Shown: in pieces, positions 1 through 12,379 of the stretch
Numbering within the stretch: position 1 is the stretch's first letter
Layout of the letters: the number at the start of each line of letters is the position of its first letter
Assembly: GCA_010093815.1 (NCBI GenBank)
Contig: ML996567.1
Strand: one strand, 5' to 3'
Length of the DNA stretch: 64,000 nucleotides
Source: Pseudovirgaria hyperparasitica
Taxonomy: Eukaryota
Program-made: the position numbers and the translations under genes
Notes under the pieces: model-generated
What the model was told of the DNA's origin: nothing
What the model saw: the letters and a program-made list of their open reading frames with translations, nothing else
Database searches by the model: none

Positions 1-3000
1 GGTTATTGTCGACGACTGAAGCAGAGAAATGGGCCGTGGAAGCCAGGAATCGTGTGAAGCGCTAATGCTCGAGTTGGGCGCATGCCAGCCTTCTCTTCGA
101 ATACTATGCCTATCGCGTTCTTCTTCTTGGACTTGGATGCGGCGGAAATATTTACCGTCGTGCCTGCTGATCGTCTGTAGAGGAATGTCTTTTCCTTCTA
201 GGGCAGACTTACGCGGGGAAGATGCAGGGTCAGTTGCATGCATGCAGGTAGGTCCTGTCAGACAGGCCTTGGATACGATGAGGTTGTGTCAATAGGTTCT
301 GTCATTAAGGCCTTGTCATTCAAGCCTTGTCGGTGAGGTTGTGTCAGTAGGTAGGAAGACGCTTCCACTGGCACGTCAAGCTGGCTATACGATGCGTATT
401 GTATGTACGTTTCCTGACACGCCAGAACCCTTCCTCTCGATCAACGGTCTACGCTGTACATCTGCGCCTTGTGGAGATGCATAGCTAGCTATAGCACACG
501 GCGCCTCAGGTTGATATGATGTAGTGGTGGTCGCAGTAGTGTCACCGTAGCAGAAGTTTTGCATGGTATGCCACCAATGAGCAAACACCGGTCCAGCGGA
601 CACAACATCAGAGAGACGTGAGCTGCCGGCTAGCCTCACCGTCTACGATGGGAATGTTAGTAGTATAGATTGTAGCATCATATTCGCGTGTCGATGCATG
701 TGCCGGTCGGTGGTGTGTTATTTTTTCTTCTCGCAACACATCTATGCATCTATCTATGCATCTGGCTCATCGTGGCGGTGGCGTGCAGAACGAAAGCATA
801 ATGATCCTTCGCTGCATGTCAAAAGCAAACTATCCCAGCTGGCGAAACGAAACTAAGGCTCATCTCATCTTGTTTGTTGACGGTGGAGCCACGGGGAGAT
901 GCAGGGTATCGTTGTATTATAAGTGTGCTATGAATCTTGGATGAGTGTTGTTGTTCCCCCGGATGGTTACAGACAGACATGGGTTCGAGATTGAAGGGCG
1001 ATTCGCTTGTCTGTGCGGTGCGATGGGATGCGGCACTCTCTATCTCTGCCCTCCCCCGTCTGTGTATTGTGTATTGTTGTATTGTGGGTTGTGGGTTGAC
1101 CGCCATCCATCTAATACCATATCGCGATCTATGCCCATATCTGCCATCTACCATTCCTCCCCGTTCCCCGCGCATCATAACCCGAAACCGAAACTTCAGC
1201 CCATGCTCGTCCGCGGCCGCGCGCACATGGCACATGGCAGCACACGCACGCAACATGCCCATCCCAGCGGGCATCATCATCTCAAATGTCTGAGGCAGTG
1301 AAAGCTGACGACAGCCTGCGACAGCTTGCGACTCCAGCTGGGTCTTCTTTTTTCCGGGGATAACACAGCCCGGCTGCCGAATGCGAGAATTTCCGTGGCT
1401 CTCCCCCCCCCTCCAATCTCTTCTCTCGCGCGCTGGCTTGAATCCGACGCGTCTGCAGGACTCCATCGGCGAGCAACCTGCGACAGTGGTACAAGGGAGA
1501 GACGTGGAGACTTTGAGTAGCAACAGTGGAATCGCACGAATCCCATTGCTTCATCTGGGATGGCCTCGCGGCCTTTCCCCTGGGTTTTCTCATCTTACGT
1601 CGTCCGCCGTTGCAAACCCAATTTCGCACAGCGGTATCAGAGAGAGAGCTACACGGCACGAGTGGGTGGGGCACGGAAAAATCATGGCAAAAGGACGTAA
1701 TACAGTACAGCAGGATGGCTATAGCTAAGCAAAGCATGGCATGGCATGGCTGATGGTCTGGAGCCTACTTGCCATGAAATGACACGAACATCCCAAGCAA
1801 ATCGGCGAGGCGGTTCGGCCCTATGGAAAACAAGGCCGCCTGTCCCTCTGTTCCTCTTCCTCTGTGTTGCGTCTGTTGGTTGTGGATAATAATGCCGGCC
1901 TGCATCTGGGAAAGAAGTGGGTAATTGGTAGCTCTACATCGTATGGCATTGCCGACGGACACGGAGACATCCCCGGCCAGTTCGCTGCTATTGTAAGGAC
2001 CGTCGCATTGATCCCTGCTGGCATTGCGCTGTCCTGAAGCTAGAAGCAATCCCAGTTCTAGCGGCGCGGCATCAATGTCGGAGGCGATGGGTTCTTTTTC
2101 CTGTCTCCCGACTGTCCCCTCTCGGTCCTTTGCATCAGACCGCATCTCACTGCTCTGAGTCCTTGACGGCATCGCCTTATTACACAGCCAAGCAAACCTC
2201 GGACGAGGAGGCTCTTGCGCGCATACGCGTGTATCAGTTGTGGCTCGAGAAAAAGACCTCCTATCGTGATATCACTACTTCTCCTCTGCCACCTTTCAAA
2301 CGTCTCTAATTAACCATGACAACACGCCATACCCCCCGGCGCTGATCACGGCAACAAGCAGTAGCAATCCAGACCCTGGCAGCCCTTCACCAACTTCAGT
2401 GAGGCGCTTCGGGGATCTGTCTCCTTGCCATCGGGTTCAAGGATGACTGTCGCGCTCCTGCGTCCAGATGCGAGGGCTCATCGGCGCCAAAGGTGGGACG
2501 TCTCTTGAAGGATTCCGTCATGTCCTGTGTGAGTGAGAGGAGGCATATGCGGCTTTCACGAAGCGCCTTTCGTGGGCATCGAGAAGCAACCTGGGGTGAC
2601 ATTTCTCGCGCTTAGTTGTAACCAGCAGCTGTGGCTTTTTTAGCGAGCCTGCCTATTCTTTCTTAGCTGAATCCTGCCACCAAACACACATCGAGTGTAT
2701 TCTACCGGCGCGGGCCGAAGCTTTCGCCGTTGGAAAATCAATGCCTAAGTCGCATATAGTAAGTGGCAGTGAATCATTGGCGGCACACGCACAAGCCTTC
2801 TTGTCCACGCTCCTTCAACTCTGGTCCGATCGCGCATGGGCAGCAACACGAACAAGGATTTGTGGACATGAGGCATGAGCGTGAACATGGGACAGAAGGG
2901 GGGAGGGGGAGGGGGAGGGGGAAGGGGATGGAGCATCACAGCAACGGCAGCAGCCACAGCAAACAACAGACTCAACAGCAGAAAAGAATCTTGCAGGTCA

Positions 3001-4623
3001 GGCTTGCAGCCGATCCCGTATGTGTTTCCCTCCACATATCTGACCTTGGACGTCCACGCATCACCGGTCCCTCCCGCTCTGTAGGGCGGATGAAGACGTG
3101 TACGAATGAGTGGTCATGTCCTTCATGCGGTCATCAGCAGAGCATCTGGTAGACATGGCTTAGGCCTGATGAAGGGGATGCATCTGGCTAAATCGTCCTT
3201 CCGTCTTCCAATCCTGGCGGACTGTCACGAAACATGGACAACGTTCAACGTGGAGATCTTCTTCGGCTCTTCCTGCTCGCCGCCACAGATGACACACTAC
3301 GACGAGACGAAGACCAGAGAGGCTTGCAATGGCTAGCGCGATCATCATCCAACTGACCAGCGATACGGCCCAAGAAGTATGGAGTATGGCAGAATAGCGT
3401 GCTCGCTTGCAGCGTCTGCGAAGACCACCTGCCTCGATGCCTATTAGCATACAGCATGCATCTTTCACTCAAACCCCGCAACGAGCCTTGATCCCTGCGC
3501 TGCTTAATGCTGTCGACAAGGCCGTCCCTGGTTTGCCCCGTCGGCTGTCCATGCCTTCATTTCGGCCAGTTGTTGATCGAGGTGGACCTCCTACACCCAC
3601 TGCAATTCACTTGGCGTTGAGTCTTTTGCTACTAGTCTGTTTCTTGTCGTCCTGCTCCTTGTTCCCCCTCTGCCACACAACAATATGCCCAGACCTTTCA
3701 TGATCTCTTTTGAGACCGGCAACCTGGTGGATCACACGGGTCCGCTTCGTTTGCTTTCTTCGTTCCAAGGGGAGACGTCCCGAGGTACCGCCCCTGGCAT
3801 TCTGATCCCGTCTTCATGCTCTTTGATCACTGACGGTGTGGAGTGTCTGGTCTGGCGCAACTACCATGACCGTTATTTTTACTTCTTAAGCTTCACAGAG
3901 CCCCTAACGCACTTTGATCCTGGTTGGTCTTTGCTGCCTTCTGTTCACGTCGATTTACCCGGAACTACGGGATTATAGTATCTGTCAAGCCACCTTGATC
4001 GAATGGACTGACCTTGCGCCTCTCCTCTGCCGTGCTGGGGGTTTCCCATCCCGTGATCGCTTCTGGCAGTTACTACAAAGGCGGCTGGTGTCATTCTCCT
4101 TATCGGAGCGTAAAGACCTCCCGCTTTCGACCTGATCGGCTTTGCTCTTGACTGAGCCAAGCTACGTCGCGAAAACCTGCCGTGCATAAAGGATTGACAG
4201 CTACCCGAATTGCTATATGCAGCCTCGGTGCACAGTGACTCAGTCTCGCTGATCATTCATTCCCTTTCAGCACAACACAGACAACCTCTCCAACTGCCGT
4301 GTCAGTGTTGCAGAAACGACCCAAGATATCTCATTTCATTGTATGAGTCTACTACCCGGATTCTGGATCACATTCGACTTGACCGCGCTCTATCAGACTT
4401 CTGGCTCTCACCATTGTGGCAATCAAACAAACCGAGTACCCCGCACGATCAAGTGACTGCTGCTGCTTGTATCGACCCCAGGGCCAAGAGGACAACAAAG
4501 TCAACCGCTGGTACTGTAAGATCAGGCCGACAGCTTCTGTACTGTACAGCAGAACTGATACGGACAGGCATACTTTGATATTCAGCAACTGCTATCAAGC
4601 ACGAGTCTAGTAACGTAATCCCA

Positions 4624-6448
4624 ATGGTCGACAGGCTCTTTACTCCCATTTCTCCTCCCAACTCGCCTGGTATGTCTGTGTACCACGCAGTACCATCCAA
4701 CTCCGAGTGGCAAGCTCGAGATCTCAAGGCTATAGAGACAGAATTGGTAACCCCTGAAGGCTCGATGGCCGGTTTGCCTTCTGAGCCACTGGGACCGCAT
4801 GTTGATGTGGACAAGCATTCCCTTTTACGAACGCACGAGGCTTTTCCATACAGTGTCCAGAGGCCCTCATCGCATCCTACTCCACTGGACAGTGACAATT
4901 CATCACCCACCCCTAAGCAGGACCGGACAACGATGAGCGATCTCGGTGAAGAACGACAAACGCCTATCAACTATGGTGGATCAGCTCCTCCGAGTCCAGT
5001 CTCACGTCTGACACCACCATCACCTTCAGCGGCCAAGTCGGACTCCCAGGACGAGAGTGGGGACGAGGATTGTGAGGACGACATGCTTGACGATGAAGAG
5101 CCTAAACGACCGCTCACTGCGCAGGAGCTTCGAGCCCAGAAAAGGAAGATGAAGCGATTCAGGTATGTCATCATCATCAGCATACTAACCCGGAAGTCGA
5201 TGAGTTGAGTTAACGTTCCACACTTAAGGCTTACGCATAATCAAACACGATTTCTCATGAGTGAGTTTGCGCGCCAGGCACATCCTGATGCAGCACATCG
5301 GGAACGATTGGCAAGAGAGATACCCGGGTTGAGCCCCCGCCAGGTTCAGGTGTGGTTTCAGAACAGGTTCGTACTGCTGCCGTATCCCGACCCGAGCGGC
5401 CGACGATGCTGATAGGTGAAACACTAGGCGTGCGAAACTGAAGCGCCTTACTAGCGACGACCGCGAGCGTATGATGCGATCGAGAGCGCTTCCAGAAGAC
5501 TTTGACATGTCTCATGCGCTGCATTCTCCATTTGGCGGACCGCCTGGCATGGGCACGCCGCTAGCTTCCCCAGGAGGCTTCTCGCCTGCGTTTGGCGACG
5601 GGAACATGGTGAGACCGCTGTCCATCGACACGTTTAGACGGGTATCGAATGGCACACACATGTCTCCGACAGGCATCAGTCCTGCGTTTGGTGGCTTCAA
5701 CTTTACTCCGCCACAATCTGCAACCGACAGCATATCCCCCATCTCTGGTCCTGGCGATACCCCTTTCACGTTTCCGTCCGCCCCATTGGAAAGTCCACGG
5801 AGGACAAAGCCGTTTGTCGGGCCCGTCACCACGGGCTCATGCTACACATCCCACCCACAGATCCCTCGACTACAGGTTCACGACCGGATCCAACGGAGCA
5901 GAGCCGAGTCGCTCACGTCGCCGTTGAGGACAAGCATGAGCTACAGTGACGGTCTGAACGGAAGCCACGACAATACATCGCCGTATGGGCATGACGGCTC
6001 ACGCACACTTTCCAACACAATCCTCCCGTACGGCATGGGATACTGTTGTAGGTCTGCAGAATCGTCGGCCAAAAGTAATGTCTAACGTAGCACAGACTCG
6101 CCAGTTCCGGGCTTCCAGGCCTCCGCAGCAACGAGGATGCGCTCCTTTTCAGGCACGGTGCCGCGACGCATCGAGCTCAGCTCACATTACACCAGCAGCC
6201 GAAGTAACACGACTCCCCAAACAGCCACATATCCAAACTTCCAAGGCTCGCCGCTCCTCACCTCGCAGAGCTACGAGATGCCCCATCTCAGCGCGCCGCA
6301 CCACATCTCGACCTTCCAGAACAGCTTCATGCGCCAGGATGCCGGCGACGCGTTTCCTCCTGTTGGCGCGGTGCTCGGCGAGATTGCAGACGGCCATTCG
6401 CAGGACGGCGAGCACCACGACTCGAACTCGAACAACTCGCGATACTAG
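4624..6448 (+). CDS. pah1: Homeodomain transcription factor (Pah1/KAL-1 type); exons 4624-5162, 5229-5366, 5428-6047, 6096-6448
   Basis: Splicing at GTATGT..AAG, GTTCGT..TAG and GTAGGT..CAG joins the ORF fragments into KRKMKRFRLTHNQTRFLMSEFARQAHPDAAHRERLAREIPGLSPRQVQVWFQNRRAKLKR, a homeodomain with WFQNRR. The true N-terminus may extend upstream. Confidence 0.9.
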
Positions 6449-7132
6449 GTCGTCGGGGAAGACTTTAGCTGCGCTCAGTGTAGGGGAGGCCTGTTTGCGT
6501 CTCCTCCTCGAGCGTCTCCTCGAAAGAGAAAAGCGAGATCGTAACACAATGCGCGGGCGGGGCGCACGAACGGGTGCGACACGGGATCTACGGCTGTGCT
6601 TTTGCGTCTTGCGCTACAAACACGACTCGCTTCTCCTCCTCCATGCCCAGTCCATCGTCCAGCCGGGGCGAGCGGGTTGGTGGGATATGTGGTCGCCCTT
6701 CCTTCCGATACCGCGGGACGTCGCGATACACAACGTCAAGCGCGCAGGGAGCACTTCTATCATGCATGCATGCATGTACGCATGTGTGTTGACGAGACTG
6801 CATGTAGTCGTCTGGATCGCGTTCGTCGGGTCTCTGGGCGCGCGATCGGAGGGCTCGCTTGCTGTATTGATGAATGCTATTCTAGTGCGATGGAGTAATC
6901 CTCGCTCGCTGTGTGCGCTGCTCATCACAACACAGCATAATACATTGCGCGTGGGCAGCCGGTCTCATGTCATCGTCATCATATTCGCCTGTCACAGTCT
7001 AAGAGACTGAGCGATATACACATATCGGACACTAGGAACTTTCACAACAAGGCAGCTCAGCCTCGCACTTCCACCCTCACCCTTCTTCCTCGATCGCACA
7101 TCCATTTCTCTTTTCGACTCGCTACCCCCAAA

Positions 7133-8640
7133 AGAGGGAGAGAGAGAGAGAGAGAGTTAAACACATACACGCCCGTCATCATCGTCATCAACTCGTGGTG
7201 ACTATAGTAGTTGTCGTGTAGCCCTTTTTCCTTTTATTATTGAATTTTCTGGTCTGTATACCCCGGTGATATTTTTTCGGTCTTTTTTTTTTTCAATTCG
7301 GCTCTTATGTCTATTTTTCGTTTTGTTCTGTTTTTGTTTGGATTCTTATATGTTTCGTTCTTGTATGTATGTTGGATATGTGTGTTTTGTTTGGTGGGGT
7401 AGGTGGGGCTGGAGATAGATGCTGGGGATGAAGGAATGATGGGATGAGATGGGCTGGGGAAGGAAGGAAGGAAGGAAGGAGTGAAGCAGGGAAGGAAGGA
7501 ACAGGATAGTGTGTGTGTGTGTGTGTATGGACGCATGTGCGCTGGACGCTCGACGACGCTGACGGCACGGGACAAAGCGGAGCATAGATGAGGATGCGAT
7601 GAGATGAAGGCCTTCAATTGTCAAATGTGTATACGAAAAACGTTCGGGGTCATGTCATGTCATGAATATGTGTATATATGCGTGTAGATATGAGCGGAAG
7701 CCCCCCTTGTTCTGGGTGGGGACGTATGGTTTCGGAATGGAAGTGATTTGTTTGATTTGTTTGGTTGCTGTGTGTGTTGTCTGGTTACTTGGTCGTAGTC
7801 TAATGTTGACGTATGGATAAAGTACACTTGGATGTATACGACTTGATGCATATATCTTGATGTATACAACTTGATATAAATATCCATATATACGCTTCTA
7901 CACCACCCCCTCTCTCTCCCCCTCCCTCCCTCTGTCTCTCCCCATATCAAAGTATACATACACCCTCACACCAGCACAACAACATCCAACTCTCCCAACC
8001 CCATCCTAACTAAATCCCAAACTCCCACTTCCCGCACCCAGACCGACAGAGACTCCATCCCATCCCATTACATCATAGTATGTACATCGTGGTGTGTGTG
8101 TGTGTGTGTGTGTGAGGAAGTGCAGTGATCCGAGGCTGACCTCGGTCGGGTGCTGGGTACACGGCGCGTGACACCTGGCGTGCGTGCGTTGTGTGTGTGC
8201 GTGCGTGCGTGCGTGCGTGAGAAGGAGAGAGCGAGACAAGAGGGAGGACGCACGGATGGGGGAGTGAGAAGGAGGGAGGGAGGCAGAGAGGAGGGTGAAG
8301 AATGGTGTCTGTGTGTGGTGTGCGTGATGGTGCGTCTGTGTGGTATGTCTGTGTGCTATGGTATAAGTGTGTGTATGTATGTATGTCCGTGTGTCATTTA
8401 TCCGTGTGTTGATAACTGCGGAGCGAGGGAGGTTATGTATGCTGGTGTGTGTATCTACGGGTCTGTGTGTTATGGCTGTGCGAATGTGGGGATTTCGTTT
8501 ATGCGTATATTTGTGTATCTATATGTATTGTATGTATATGTATATGTGTATATGTATATGTGTATGCATAGATGTGGGTATGAGTCTGCGGATACGTCTG
8601 TGTCTGTGTCTGTGTCTGCGTCTGTGTATATATATACAGA
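7133..8640. repeat. Low-complexity / microsatellite-rich tract: (GA)n ~7133-7155, (GGAA)n ~7458-7478, (GT)n ~7509 and ~8092-8113, (GTGC)n ~8197-8218, (TATG/TGTA)n and (GTCTGT)n ~8510-8625
   Basis: Repeats read directly from the sequence. Confidence 0.9.
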
Positions 8641-11600
8641 TATCACTACCCGTGCAGCGCAAGCACACTACATACAATACAACGTCATGCGCGATTGAAC
8701 TGGGCACTAACTAATCAACACCGACAATCAGTGCGATTAACATGGCGAGACAACAGTGCGCGCACGGCTGGGGGAGAGGGACAGTGTGTAGAAACTCGAT
8801 GGTAGAACCTAGTCGGTGTGCCTGGCGTGCGTAGAAGGGAGCATGAGCAAGGAAGGCAGGTGCGATACAGCACGAGCTCGAGGTCAGTCCCTGACGTTGA
8901 GCTGCCGTGTCGGTGAAACCAGGGGTGTCGGTATGTATACTCAGGGGAGTGGCAAGGGCAAGAAGGGAAGGGAAGGGGGGGTGGGGTATGGATAGTTGGT
9001 TTATTGATGCGCGAGACAGAGTAATGCAGTGAGTTTTGGGCGTGGACTGGTCGGGGTGTTTTGGAAAAAGGGCTATTGAATGGATGAATGGATGGATGGG
9101 TGAATGACGGGAATAGAGTACGGTTAGTGTGATGGGATGATGTCTGTCCAAGGCACGGTCCGCAGCACGGCACAACGGTGGGTTATGGGTATGGGTAATG
9201 TGTGTATGTACTGTATGCGTATGTTCCCTTGGGCCGTGCCGTGTATCGGGCAGTTGGCAAGTGTATAGCCCGACTGCATGCATGAATGATGCATGGTGGT
9301 CCTGTCAGAGGTGCCGAGTCATGACATCAAAGACCCTGAGGGCGATGGCATCAGCCCTGTCTAGATAACATCAACCCACCACACGCTCACGGCCACGGCC
9401 ACGACCACTCTCACGACCACGACAAGTGCTGTGCCGGCACTTTGTTCGGCTGAGTTCGAGCATGCCGTCGGCTCCGTGTCGAGCTGTTCCGGAGGCCATG
9501 TTCTAGCACCAAGTCATGCCACCATGGGTGATGGATAAAAGGGTGATGGATGGGGTTCTCGGCGGATCTGGTGGTCTCGTGAGGCAGGTGGTCGCTCATA
9601 TGCGGGACATGATCTCATCCACGAATGGACCATACAAGAGGTCCGCGGAGACAAGAGTCAGAAAGAGGAGAAGTGAGAAGTGAGAAGGGGGATGGATTGG
9701 GTGAGAGGGGGGAGGTGTATGGGTGAGGAGGTTGGACGAAGAGATGGAGACGCCAAGTCTTCTGGAAAAGCGCGAGAAGGCGCCACTTGCGAAGCCTGCG
9801 TGAGACCAACCGGTCTGTACCTGTGCATCTAATATCTGCCGCCCTTCCAGCCCCAGAAGTAAATGCGACGATGCGACAATGCGACAATGCAATCAATGCA
9901 TGTCCGCACAGCGTGTTAGCACATGGCGGTGACAACACCCGTCACGTCTTCTTCAAAGCGTGATTCTGCGGGGCCGGGGCTGAGCGCGTGCGCATCGTTG
10001 CGCGACGCTTATGCCTGTGCAGAGGGGACGTTTGCTGGACGTAATTAGATACAGGCCGGCTGAGTGAAGATTGGATAGCGTCGGCGAGGCCCGACGATAG
10101 AATCTGCCGCATATGTATGACAGAATGGCCAAGATGGACGAGCGCATCACCGACCGCGATGTTGTCTGTGTTGGCGCCGCAGCAAGCAGGTAGGTAGGTA
10201 ATAGGTATGGCGCATCGTGTTGAGCCGACACTGTGGGATAGTCAGTCAACGACGCAAGATCTCGCATCCAGTGAGCAGAGGGATACCTTGGAAGCTAATA
10301 TGCATGCGCCATGACGTGCAGATGGACGAGGGACAGGAGGGACAAGAGGAGGAGGAGAAAGTCAGCCGTCTATCATCCATCCCATCCGTCAGTCTCTTCG
10401 TCGACCCATTCTATCGTCCATCCATTCATCGATCTATGGATCCCTCCATCCGTCCATCCTCCCGTCCAACCATCCATGGTTCCGGGCGGGAGAAGTTCGA
10501 GCGCAACCAACGGTCCGCAGCGTTAGGGTGGAGAGTGAGTGGAGTGTGGAGTTCTTGAGAGCGGTGTGACGGACCGAGGAGGTGGTAGAGTGTTAGTAAT
10601 TAGTGTAGTAGTAGTATGTGTATAGAGTTGACTGGCCTGGAGTGGACTGAAGACTGAAGTGAATGTCCAATGGCAGCACACAAACACGAATACAAACACA
10701 AAAATGTCAGCGTGAGTCATCGTCATCCTGTATATTACTGTATCAGTACTCTGCCATCATTAGTTGTGTTCTGTGCTGTAATGTGCTGGGCTGTGCTGAC
10801 GATTGCGCATGCTCCCCGGCTGTCATTGGTGCTGCTGACAAATGCGCAAGTGGCGTTGTGGCAAGATTGGAACTGTGGCACCAACCACAACCACAACCAC
10901 AACCACCACAACAGTTGAGCCAACAGCATCACTATCACCACCAATCACTTCCCACTCTGCCCTTCAACATTACACTCAACGACTCGTTCGAAGAGCAGAG
11001 ACGCCTGCTTGCCGAGTAGTCGTGTATGGTGTATCATGTGGCTTATCGAGTATTTCATGGATAGTGTGCCTGGGAAACACACACTGTTGTCATTGTTGGC
11101 TGGCACAAGTGTGTTGCTATATAGATGCCTGGACTCGAGCGTTGACATGGCACAGCACGGTTGGTGTCTGTCAACTGGACATGTTTCTTTTTCTGTTTCT
11201 TTCCCACAGCCATGAAACACACGCGACATGCCGCCCGTTTGAACTCTAAGTCTAATTCTGAGTCTGAGTCTGACTCGGATGTCTGCCTTGGGAGTGTCTG
11301 ATTCTAGACACCTGAGGCAGCCATCGAGGACAGAAAATGCCATGATAATCATCATGGCCATTCGTCCACGTACCAATACGATATCATATCATATATACAT
11401 GCATTCATCAAGACAGCACATCCATCTTCTTCTTGAAATGAGGCGGCGTCGCATGATGTTGCTTTTGCCTTTGGACATACATACGACGGACGCCATCATC
11501 TCTTGGCATGATGGCACGTAATTCCAGGAAGCGCGCCTCAATATTTCTCCTCAGCGCATACATGGTGGGAGTATCTAGTAGTGCTAGTAGTAGTTAGTAT

Positions 11601-11723
11601 AGTAGATAGTACCAGTAAAATTATGGGTGATTCTGTCCAAGAGACACAACAAAATAATAGTCAAGTGAATTCAGAGCGCGCGCGGCGGCCGGGAGCAGTA
11701 ATTAGTTCTGCCGATGTAGCCCC

Positions 11724-11801
11724 AGGCCAACAAGGCCAACATGACGCCAATCAGGCCAACATAAGGCCAATCAGGCCAATCAGGCCAACATCAGGCCAAT
11801 C
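11724..11801 (+). promoter_or_regulatory. Tandem array of 8 GCCAA(T/C) motifs, 4 of them CCAAT boxes, upstream of the eIF4G leader
   Basis: GCCAA at 11726, 11735, 11746, 11755, 11766, 11775, 11784 and 11795, immediately followed by the pyrimidine-rich start region. Confidence 0.6.
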
Positions 11802-12379
11802 TCAGGCGCAAATTAAAGTCCCCCCGTCACTTTCGCACTTTTTTCCCTTTTGCTCCCTTCAATCACCGCGAAGTTCTTCTCCATCACCATCACGGAGACA
11901 ACTTCAACAACTACATCTCCTCACTATACTCGAAGACGACGAAGTTAAAGTCCTCTTCATCCGCTCACGCTACGGCCTCTACTGTCTCCCATCCATCAGA
12001 GCAGTCCCTGTTTCGCCGTCGCATTCTCGTTCCTGGACGACGACGACAACTCCACCCGCTACTCTTTCACTGCGGCCAGTCACCTTCTTCACTGAAGGCG
12101 ACCTTTTTCTTCACTCCTCTCCACTCATCCTCTTAACCTCTAATAATAGAGAAACGTCCGCTGTACTGTCGCTCTGATCAGTCCGTCGCGCTTCTCTACA
12201 CGCTCTTCCTTCAATTCTCAACGACTTCTTGTCGCTTGCGACCGCACAGTTTTTAATACCCTTTTCGGCCGCTTCGCCTTCCCACAAGACGATCCTTGAC
12301 AATCGCCACCACTCCTCACAAACACACACCTCTACACACTCAAAAAAACACCTGCAGCATCCTCCTTCAAAAGCCTCTA

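Noticed and set aside
5985..7010. 341-aa ORF overlapping the homeobox 3' end
   Set aside because: Alternative frame of a GC-rich exon plus UTR; Arg-rich with no domain; the spliced model explains the region
7237..9283. ORFs rich in H/T/Y/V/C repeats
   Set aside because: Translations of microsatellites
9304..9375. Minus-strand TGATGT/CTGA pairs resembling C/D'/C'/D boxes
   Set aside because: C boxes are non-consensus and no convincing guide match was found
7000..11600. Gene-free gap as a possible telomerase RNA locus
   Set aside because: No TAACCCTAA-type template found on either strand
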